NCBI GenBank assembly: GCA_002269645.1
Contig: NIVC01000152.1
Coordinates: 434,001-498,000 of the forward strand
Direction: 5' to 3'
DNA: 64,000 bases
DNA from: Macrostomum lignano
Taxonomy: Eukaryota
The stretch's first letter is position 1, and each line of letters opens with the position of its first letter. This document shows, piece by piece, positions 12,967-24,900 of the stretch. The position numbers and the translations under genes were made by a program. The notes under the pieces were generated by a model. The model was given only the letters and a program-made list of their open reading frames with translations. It had not been told where the DNA came from and searched no databases.

Positions 12967-15900
12967 ATGTCAATTGAATTCATCAAATCTTTGTCGATAA
13001 TCCAGGTAAGGTTAGACCTGTTGTTGATGATTTGTTGTAATATTTGCAGCAATATATGTCAATGACAATATAGGCCTATCAATATCAATCAAGATTCAAT
13101 ATATATTATTAGGGCCAATGCCTTGGATCATCAGATTTCTATAAGCCTACTAGTATTGCTACTATTTGTTAGTTGTTATGTTAGAATTCTTTGGGTTTAT
13201 GATCATTTTTTCACCTGTATTTTGGTTCATAATTGGATGATCCCAATATAATTTTCTATTTCAGTGATGAAGGCCTGCTTAAAAGAAGCAAAAATTGTTA
13301 AACTGGGCTTTTTGTTTTGGAAAAATAATTAAACAGAGTAGACAACCTATAATAATGAGTTATAATAACAAAGATCCTATATATCTACCAATTACCATAG
13401 TTTGGATTGTGTATTAGTCAGTGTATCAGTATATGCTAGGGGTCAGATGTGATCACGCTCGTGATCACAATTTCGTGAATTCACGACCATTTTTTTCACG
13501 ATTGTGATTTCTTTGAAATTGAAACCTGTTCATGAGGTTGTGAATTTTTGCTTACTTGTTTACATAAGTTATAGGCAGTGCTTATCCCCACGGTACCGTA
13601 GGAATAATTTCTGTCTTATTCCAACGGTACCGTGGGGATAATTTTCTGCTTATCCGCACGGCACATTGACGAGATAGCTGCCCCATCTTCTACATATGCC
13701 GTGGGAATAATTTTCTGCTTATCCGCACGGGTGAATTGTTGAAGCAATGCAATAATCTATACAAACAAATTGAGAATTTACATGTCTAGTAAGAAGTCTA
13801 CAGAAGCAGCGGCAATGGACTTTTCGGGGATGTCGGGATTAGACTAGTTGCTAAAAGTTCTTAGATTGTAAACAATTACTAGAGCAATTCATCTTAAATC
13901 ATACGTCATAAATACAAAAAAGTGTTTTTTTGCGGAAAAAGGCCATTAAATCTTTACTTCTATCAAAATAATAGCCAAGCAAAGTTATGTTGTTATATTG
14001 CACTCAAACCGTAAGTACTAAACTAAATTATGAACCCACGGCATATGTAGAAGATAGGCAGCTATCTCGTCAGTGTGCCGTGCGGATAAGCAGAAAATTA
14101 TCCCCACGGTACCGTTGGAATAAGACAGAAATTATTCCTACGGTACCGTGGGGATAAGCACTGCCTAAGTTATAACTTTTTTACTTGACTTACTGAAATA
14201 AAAACATGAACACAAATGTATAAAGAAGTAATGTATTTAATTTTTGTTGACTTGACAAGTTGACAGTATTATCTGTTCTCTAATATGTAATGGTTTCTTT
14301 TCTTGTTTTGTTATTTTCTACACTTGTAACTTACAACTACAAGCTCGTAATATATGTATATGATAAATGAAGGAGAAAGAAAAGATGGTGTTGACAATTT
14401 TCATGCTTGTAGTAGTACAGTGTTGTGTACTTTATTATTGGCAAACTTCAGACAGGTGTTATAATTGTGTACTGTAGTGATACATATACATGTATGGCAT
14501 TAAAAGAATGGAAAAATAGAACATACTAAAGCATATAGAAATTGCTATTGAAACACAATACGTGACAAACTGACAATACCATAGTAGTCGAACTGACTAA
14601 TCATACATTCAGAATCAAATAGCTTCCCTATTCGTGATCAGTTGTTTCATTTCATATTATGATTATGATTATTCATACCATCAGTTGGCCTCCAGTTACA
14701 ATTGATCTGGTCTTATGTTGGACAGACTAGAAGCAATTTATGAGAAGCTAATCTTCCGAGCATTAATGTTTATAAAAACTATTTTGTCAACTGTATCTCC
14801 AAGTAGACGGTGGCGCTTGGACTCAAAGATGTTGCCAACACTGCTAAAGGCACGCTCACTTAGAATACTAGTAGGTGGTGGTGCAAGAAACTTTCGAACC
14901 AGAGCTGACATGGCAGCCAATAGAACTCGGTCTTTCCAGAATTGAATTGGCTCTGCGTCAAATGGAAGTTGAGGCTCTGAAAGGTAGGTCTTGATTTCTT
15001 CTGCGAGCTTGCTGATTGCACGCACCTATGTCCCTGTTGGGAATAGGCAGCTGCACTCTAGGCAGCACAGGCATCGATGCAGCAGTACAAGCAGCAGCTT
15101 TCTCAAACAGGGATGACATAGAAAGATTCTGAGGTTCAGCTTGCCTGAAAGTTGAAAAGCAACATTTTTGCATCATGTGCAAATGTGCATGTAATTCTCT
15201 AAAATATTGTGGATAGATAGATATATTTTGTGTAGAGCTTTCCCTTTTAGTAGACCTACATGTATGAAATATAAGTACTAGACTACAAGTATAAAAGTTA
15301 CAAACATGCTTTTATGTTTGTTGAATGTAGCTAATTATACATGTAATAAGGCAAACAAGCAAATTCGCTTGTACTCACATCTCAGTCTCAGCAGATATGT
15401 TAGACGAACTATCTAATGCTTCAGATTCAAATGCTTTAGTAGTACCATCAGAATCAGAACTTAGAGCCTCGGTGATAGCTTTGGCAAGCTCAGTTTTCGC
15501 ATTGTCAAGCTGCTCTTCAATAAAAAAATGAAGCTTAAAGTGTGGGTCCAAAATAGTGGCAACAACATGCTTGTGGCTTGTTTTTTCATTGGAAAAACGT
15601 GTAGTCAAGCCATTTATCAAATCATCGAGTCAACTTGCTGAATATGATCAAGTGAGACGTGAACCAATGGCAGAACAGAAGAGATGCTTGCTGTCTCTTT
15701 GCTGAGCTCCATCATAAAAAGCTCATATTTCTAGAAGCTTGACAGCCTTCTTGGAAATGCTTAGCTCATTGTCAGTTAGTGTTCCGATTGCCCTGTATCT
15801 AGAGTGGTAGACACTGAGGGCTTCCTCTTGCTCAATGACTCTTCTCAACATTGACAATCTTCTCAACATTGACAATGTTGAGTTCCACCGAGTCTCTACA

Positions 15901-18900
15901 TCTTGAATGAGGCTATGCGTAGGTAGCTGCAGCTGCTCTTGCAGTGTGCAAAGATTAGCCTGCACTGTAACGGAATGGTGAAAATGTCCAGCAATGCCAC
16001 GTGCTTTATTAAGGATGTTCTTCAGTCCTTGATGGCTAGAGGTGGCACTCTTTACAACTAGGTGCAACTTGTGCAGCACAATGGGCTGAAAAAAACTTGA
16101 AGAAGCTTGCCAGCAACCCTCATGTTGCTGGCCCTATCACGCAGGAGAAGGTGGACTCTGCTTAAGTCTATTCCCCAATCACTTAGCATGGTGGAAAATA
16201 TAGCGGAAATGTTTAGCCCAGTGTGGGCATCATTGAATGGCTTGACATTAAGCAGAAATTGCTTCCGTTGAAAATCTTCTGTGATGGAGTAGATAGTGAA
16301 TGACATAAGAGCCAAAGGCCCTTCACTCCACAAGTCGCAGGTAACTGCCAAGCTTTGGCACTTGTCCACTTCAGCTTGGACACCTCCTTTCACTTCTTTA
16401 TAGAGGGAATCAAGAAGATTGTGATAAAAATGAGTGCTTTTAATGCAATACTGTGGACAATCTTCCTGCAGAAATTGGCAAAAGCCATCACTTTCAACCA
16501 CAGAGAATGGCTGAGAATCAAGAGCAATAAATTTAATTATGCTTCTGTCAATTGCAATGGAGCAAGGATGTAAATCCTTCTATACTTTAGTTTGTGCCTT
16601 TGCAAACAATGTGCTTAGTTTTTGTTGCTTAAGTAGTAGACTAGCACTTGTAGCATTGTTCTTGCTCTTAAGCTTCTCACACTCTGCATCAATCTTCTGC
16701 ATATCTTTAAATTTGCTGGGATGAAATGACTCTAGATGGCGGCGCATACTACCAGTTGAACCAGTGTTCCGCAGCACTTGCTTCCCACAGGTTAGGCATG
16801 CAGCAGCATTTTCTCTTCTATCAACTTCACAAAAGAAAGACCAAACAATACTTCCTCGTGTTTGCTTTTGTTAAAAAGATGCCATAGCTGAAATGTTTTA
16901 CAATTTAACTTTTTTTATTACTTTCTTTCTATATTAAAAAGAATTCATGTAGTACATAAGTCATAAATATAAAATAAATATGTATTACAATTACAAATAC
17001 AAAACACAAATTTTAGAATATTATACAAGTGCTTAATAATTCATATATAATGAAAAAAATTGTAGTCTACTATGAAATCTTTATATAATTAAATATACTT
17101 ACCAAGTACCAACCTTCTAGCAGTATTTCTGTTAAGAAATCTACAACTAATTAATAACCTATAAAAATAAAAATTATATATTAGCAGTTCTTTAAAATAA
17201 AAAAATATTTTTTAAAAATGCATTTACTTAGTTTAGATTCTTTAGAATAGGCCTATATCTATATATCGTCTATCCACATATACTGACTATTTATTTATAT
17301 GAATCTATAATATTTTAATAGATTCAAGGTTCAAAACAGATTCAATCAAGATTCTATATTTATATCCAAATATACTAAATCTCTAATATTTGTTTGTATG
17401 TTTGCTTGCATACTTTAACATCAATTCTTTAGTAGAAATGCCTACAATAGATAGATAGACAAGGTAACTACAATATAAAGTTTATAAACAACTTTAGCAC
17501 ATCTAAATGCTAATTTTTAACTTGTATTATATTAATAAATAAATATAAAACATAAATTGGGAAATATAAATATAACTAATATTTATTAATATTATATATC
17601 ATTGAAATTGTAACACAGTATCTATTTTGGCATGAATTTGGCAGGAATATTATTTTTATTTTGTATAACTAAAATATAATATAAATTCACAATCACGATC
17701 ACACCTGGCTTTGAAAATTTCACAAAATTTCATGGCCGACCAAAATTTTCTGCTTGTCCGACCTCTAGTGTATGCCGGGTTTAATGCTGGAAAAAATGAC
17801 AAGACCTTGTTTTTATATAGGGTTTATGTACCAAAATAAAACATTTGTCATTTGACACAACATATTTGCTATGTTATGTATGCTGAGATATAACCTGATG
17901 TATGCTGAAAAATGGTAAGACCCTTATTATAAGCTAGTGAGATAGGGGTGAAGAAGAATTTTCTTGGAATAGAGTGTTTTGTAAATTTGTTGACATCAGT
18001 GAGGTGGGGTGGATTCCATGTTTGAATTTCTGCCAGTGTTGCGTTTGCACGAATAAAGCCAAAAAAATCGCACAGACAAATCACAACGAATTTCTTCTCC
18101 TTTTACTCCGACAGCTGGGTTCTCAAGTCCGAGGGGAGGGTAGTCGTAATCATAGCAGAGTGGTCGCAGAGTGGCACGGTTATTCAGTTTGTAGACTCAA
18201 TGGTCTAGACACCGTAAATTTGTTTCTGAGTTGCTGAACTGATTACTATTAGTAGAGTAGTGCTGCCACCACCATAATTTCGTATTATGGAACATTGAGA
18301 TCTCAGAGCTCATTTGGAGATGAGATTAATTTGGTTGTTTAATGCCCCACGGGCAAATAACTCAAGATAAACTGTTAGGGCTTCAATTAATGAACAACTT
18401 ATTAAGCACTATTGATAATTATTATTATCTGAGTAGGTGGTAATTATTAATGTTAACTGTTAAAGTTCTATAGAGATAAAACGTGTCTAGTGCTGGGTGC
18501 TAAAACAACTCACACAAAACAAGGCTAACTAATTTATTAGAAGACAATCACTATGCAAAAACGAACAACGAATAAAGTGGTCTTCTTTAAATTTTAGCAA
18601 CATTGTTACATTCATTTAAGAATAGACAAGTAGATGTTTTCAACGACAGTTTATATGTTAAGTATATACAGTTATAAAGATATAGACTGTTAAACCAGAC
18701 TCTGAATGGTATACATGTATGCCAGAATTTTCCGGCGTACAGTGGGACCTAGATTATACCATTGGCTCATTCCATATAAGATGGACATTTTTGGAAAATA
18801 GAAAAAAGTCAATATTTTTGCTTGCCATTGCCTTATCAGCCAATTTTTTTACCAAATGTTTTTTATGTGTAATATCTACAATCTAATAATAAATGAATGA

Positions 18901-21900
18901 TAAAATGTTAGATTAGTATGCTATCAAGTGGCAAAAAGTCATTTTTGTAAAAATTTAGACATTTTTCTAAGCAAAAGACATCATTAAGTTTGTGTACCTT
19001 TTAAAAACAAATAGAAAGCTTTGGAAGGTTGAAACAAACTATAGATAAAAGTATAGTACTTGCATCATCAGATAAAAGTATTGGTGACCAAATAATCTAT
19101 TATATATTTTTTTAATATATTGGTACCTCAAAGTTACTGAATTGACAGAAAAAAATATGTTACGACCATAATGTTACAACCATAAGGCTGCCTTTTCTTT
19201 TGTATCTTTGTTGCCTTTTTGAGTTTATATATTCTACAAAAAGAGTATGATTACTAAAGATGTTCTTAGTCAAATTTTAAAAAATGTATTGCAAAATATC
19301 AAAAATAAAAATGTTATAAGACTTTTACCTTTTAGTTTCTATATGTCAAAAATCCTGTTGTTACGACCATAAGTGCCATTCAAGGTTTAATAGCATCTAT
19401 ACTAATGATGATATCTACATGAAACTCTATAAAAATATTTTTGACAAAATTATCTTTCATTTAAAATATTGGTTTAGTATATTCTATTATTATATTTCAT
19501 TTTATAAGTAAAAATAGCCTGTCATGTTACGACCATGCTTATATGGAATGAGCCCATTGGCATACAAATAAGAAATTATAAGTAAATCAAAAATAGTTAA
19601 AATGAACTAGTTCTCTACAGTTTAGTAAAAGAGTTTTTTAGTTTTAACACAAAAGTTTTTTAATATTAAAATTTTGCAAGCTTTTATTATTGGTTCTAAT
19701 TTGTAATTTTTATTTTCGGGTATTTTTGTATGCGATAAAAAGTTTGTTGGCATACATAAGCTACAGAAGCAATTTTTGTTCTGGCATATAGTGGTACATA
19801 ATCCTAACCATGGCTGTCAAATAGAATGTTCATTTTTATATATTTTCAAAATTGTACCAAGTTTGCTTGAAAATATGAGGTCAAAAGGATTTGTTTTTTA
19901 GCAAATGAACTAAAAATACTTACATATTAGGTGTAGGTAACTTCCTATAGTTCATTTCAAGTGAATATTTTCTTTAAAAATATGTATATCTATTTGTATA
20001 TATACATGTAAAATTTAAAATGGCTGTATCTTTTTAAATAAAAAGAATGGCCACCCTTATTATTTTTGCTACTTATTTCTAGTGACAAAACAAAACTTTG
20101 AAGCAAGGCAAGATGAGTATAAATAACTCTTGCCACAGTATGCTTGCTTAATAAAAATTGTCAAAATACATGTAATTCTCTATATAAGACAAAAAATCAT
20201 TTTTAAAGCTAAAAAAATGGCTAATCAGTTTCTTTTATAAAATCATAGCAAAATGGGCCACATACTTTGTCCTAATGGCATATCCTGATAACCTTTGCCA
20301 TATTAGAGTTATTAAGTATAATTGACATAGCTATATATACTAATATACTACAAAGATAGGAAAATGTATATTAAGAGACTATATATTCTGTAAATCAGTT
20401 ATATATGCATTGTTTTGAAAAGAGGATAGTTGGATATATGATATACTTTATACTATAAGCACTTTTTTCCAATCCTTATATAGTTGCTATATCTGTTAAA
20501 TTTAGAGCATGGTTGAATGAAAATACATAGAAGAGGTACAAAAATGGATATAGTAAGAAGAGATATACCTATTAATATCTATTGTGGGTCTTGCATCGAT
20601 GGTATGATGTTTGTTGAGGTAAAATTTAATGAATATGTAATACAATAATAGGTTATTTATGTTTTAGTTGGCTTCTATCTATTATTAGTATATATATAAT
20701 ATATACTTCCATATATAAAAAAATGGAAATAAAAAAGACGGCTTATGCTAAAAGGCTGCTGGAAAACAGACCCTAGCAAAGCTATCTTAGCAAGCAATCT
20801 CTGGTATTTTTTTACTTTACAAACTATATAAATTATTATTAATGAAGGAAGTTATAGTACAACTGTTGTGTTATTAGCACTGTTACTAGTAAGGTAGCCT
20901 ACATATACATATATTGTTGGAACAATACATCTTAGACTTAAAGTAGTTAAATTCAGTGTCAGATTTAGGGTCATGATGCAAAGGGTACACCTTGCCAGCG
21001 ATTTTGCTTTCCTCACTTTTTTTGGGTAGTACATTATAATATACAAGCGTACATGGAGGTCATTGTCTAAGTAGTCATTGTAAAGGTTGTAGGTAAAAAC
21101 CTCATTTGGGCCAGTCTCATTGAAGGTGACCTCGAAATTCCATGAGAGGACATCATGGCTGGCACATGGCAGTCAACGCTGAATGTAGCTCTCCTCCCAT
21201 TGCACAGAACCATCAGCATAGCCTAATCACATTTCAATGCGTAAACACTCGAGGACTGGTAAATTCTGGAGCAATGGTACCTGCCTGGGTTGGGCCTCAG
21301 TTTGGCATTTGACTTGCGCTCAGACTCGGAGGTCGAGTCGTGACGCCACTTTGTACTCGCATGGATATCTGCACGTCCGCGACCACTTGCACGCCCACGC
21401 GCATGCTCACGTCCCCGCCCAGCTCCACGTCCAACTACATGTCCACCTTCGCTGGTGCCCTGAGCCTGAGCTCCATCGTCTGTGCTGCCTCTACCTCGGC
21501 CACGACCACGCCTCGTCCCACGCCCACGCAATCCGGCAGCTACAGATGCTGCTACAGACGAGGCTGTTTGCGCAGGCTCCAGCTTCTTTGCGATGGCTGC
21601 CTTAACACAGTCAGCACGCTCGCTTGCAGATCGCACCGATACAGCCTGCGCGTCATCCTCCTTGGCTGTGGCCGCTACCTTTTCCTCTGCAGGTGGACCA
21701 GGAATGCTTGCAGGTTGTCGGTGAGGAGCTGCACTGAACTTTTACGCGCCAGAATCTGTGAGGTTCAGGCAGCCTGCCATGTCCTTGGGTATCGTTGGCT
21801 CTGTTTGGGGAAGTAGTTAGTAAGGAATGCGCATTCAGTGATGACAATTAATCCTAAGAGCGGGATATGCATGGGCACATGGGCACAGACAGTAATAAAT

Positions 21901-24900
21901 ATATACTCATCTCTTTGTGCAGTCGCAGTTGGGAGAGCACGGCTGGCTCATGCAGCCGGTCAGGCAGGCCTGAAGCCTGCTGTGCATCTCGGCCACCGTG
22001 AGCCACAGGCCACCGTAGTCCTGCACCGCGTTGATCAGGTCGCGGAGGGAACTCTCCCTAGCAATCTTTCTGCGTTGATCCTGAGCGATTCGAGCCTGCT
22101 GCTGGTGCTGCTGTGCAGCTCAAACAGCCCTGACATCCGCCTTGGCCTGCATCTCCACCTTATTCGCGATGTGCCGTGCTCGCAACAGCATTGCGTCCTG
22201 CTCTTCCAGTGACTTGGCGAAGCCACTCGCTCGTTCCATTCTGGTTACAAAGCACGAACGTCTCGCGAGCCAGGGGCCGCATGTTGGCTTCGACCTTACA
22301 GTGCTGTCCAGTACTGCGAAGGACACCTTTCATGCGCATTGTCCTTGGAAGCAGCGGCAGCCAAACGAGAATTGTCGTCTGGCAGATTGCGCAGTGCACC
22401 ATCCGGCAGGTGATCAACCACCTCAGGGGGGAGGAGGACCAACATGTGAGTCGCAGAAACCTGTACAAATGGTGGGGAGGATGGGTAGTAGTAGGTCACA
22501 GTTTTCTCTTTCATTCAGTGGCACCCAGTTGGTTGTAATGTTCTTGTGGTTGCCTCACCTGCAGAGCCTGGGCAAGAAGGTCATTGTCCAGCTCCTAGGC
22601 GTCGGAGGTGAGGGTTGCCCACATAGCCTTGGCATCCTGTGGCTCCAGTACGGCATTGTCGAGGTCAGAGAATGGCCCACTGAGGTCCTCTGGGAAGCGG
22701 ATAGTCTCCATGGAGACCACCTCCTTGAGCCACTCACACAATTGCTCATAGCGGCTGTTCATATCTATGAGGCTGACTTTTGACCTCGGGCTCCGGAGAA
22801 GCAACCACAGGGGCCGGATGACCAGGAAGTCGAGGACACCCAACGCGCGACAGCCAGTAAGGAGGACGTTGGACGCCAAGTTCTGCACGGCTACTAGGAG
22901 TCGATTGCTGCACGGATACTCGTCCAAGAAGGCTGTAAGCAACTCTCGCTGGGCAAACACGTGGCCGCCGTTGGAAAAGATGACGTACGCACGGTTGCCT
23001 TGGAAGTCCTCTATCTCGAAGGGCTTTGCGCCGCGCGACTGCAAATAAAACCTCGAAATGAACGGCGACGCCACTGCTCGTTCCCCAGGCGATGGAAGGC
23101 CTTGCTGACCGTTCTGATTAGCCGCTGACTGCCTGTTTAAAAGAAATAAAGGTGAAGTATTGCGCAAACTTTTACTACAAATTGCCTGACTCTGTCTTGG
23201 CGATTTTATACCCCGGGACAGCTGCTGCAGCAAGCGACGCGGCCGATACGCAGCGTTCTCAGTCGCCCAGGCCTTTCTCCACCGCAGCAGCCAGGTTAAC
23301 GATGACGTGCATGCCACAGAACAGTGCGGTCACCTTCTCCAGATGAGCCAGACCGTCCTGGGACGTCAACGTCTCGCGAATCTCTTTAAACAACTGCAAC
23401 AGGCATTTGTTCACGACGTGGCGGTCTGTCATTAGGAAGTTCGCCCGCACGAAAACGCTGCGCTTCATTTCCCGCCGAGCCTGTTCATCGTCTCGCACCG
23501 GCTTGACGATGTCGCAAAATGCATCCTATGCATCCAAGTGTCCGTCTCGCGAACGTACATCAGCGCCGTGCCGCCCTCGACCTGTCGGAGCGTTAGTGCG
23601 ACCTGGCCGTCACCAGTGTCGGCCTGTGTGTGTGTAAAAGGAAAACGGTTTGTACGTACTATTTTGTGTTCAGTGTGTTCTGGAACATGTACTGTATAAT
23701 TATAAAGTTGAATCTAGACGCGGGGTGCGGAGCGGGGGAATGCTGGCTGGGGCCAGGCTTGAGCACAATATATACCACTTGAACAGGGTAGAGGGGCAGA
23801 CATCGTGAGAGAGGGAGACGCAAACAAAAGAAACGACCCCTCAGCCAATCAGCGTGCCCGCCGAGCAGATCTGACTGAATGGGGGCTAGAGCGAAAAGCA
23901 CAAACTCACAGGCCCAGCTAATCAGAGGCCGCCGCGGGTAGTAGAGAGAAAAGAAAAAACATAAGCCCAGTAAATCAGTAGCCGCCGCGGGGGAAGACTC
24001 AAGCCGGGCCGGGCGACCCCCAACCAGCCAGGACTGGTCCGGGGATGGCCGCCTAGGGCGCACGCAAGAAAGAACTCAAACGACCAAGTGCAAGAGCACT
24101 CAACAGGCCAGACACCACACAACTTACGCGACTGTTCGAAGTAGCCAGCATTTCGTGCAGCTCGCGCAGTTCGGCATGCACCGAGGCATTTCTGCGCTCA
24201 GCAGCAGCTTCCCCTCGAGCAGCCTGGCGGCGTTTCTTGGCCAGCTTGGCCTCACGCATCTCCACCAGTTGCCGGCTTTTGCTGTTCATTTGCCGCCGAA
24301 CTACGTGCAGTCGATCTTGCAGACGCTGGACACGCTGCAACCACACCTTCCGCTGTGGACGCTTGGCCAGCTCATTGTGCAGCTTTCCTACAGTCGCCTC
24401 GGACCGTTCCAGCTGGGCCCGAAGATCGTGTACAGCTTCTCGAAGGCCTGCATCGGCGCATCGCTCTTCTTCAGCGGACCGGGCAGCAGCAGTACGAGTA
24501 GCAGAGGAAGTTCGGGTTGGCGTGCTAGGAGTCGGCTGTGACACATTAGCAGCAGGTACTGGTACCACTGCAGGAAAGACTAACTCCTTGTCCATGTAGA
24601 TGGCCCAGGCACTCTGCTTGCCAGCAGCTTCCTCGCACACCTTCGACCTCTCCAGATCCCGCGCCTTTGCCTTCACTTTCGTTGCTACTCGGAACAAGTT
24701 ATTTAGCACATCTGCTTCAGTGTCAGCAGACAGACTTAGTCTGCCAAGGCTTTTCGCACTTAGGAGCTGGGTAGCTTAGCCTTAATGGATGTCTCCAGTG
24801 TGGCAACCATCAGACCATTGGTAACTGGCTCAGTCATTGCTACTGCTGAAACTGAATTTGTTTTATTGAATAAGCTAAAGCTAATTTAAAAGATAGACAG

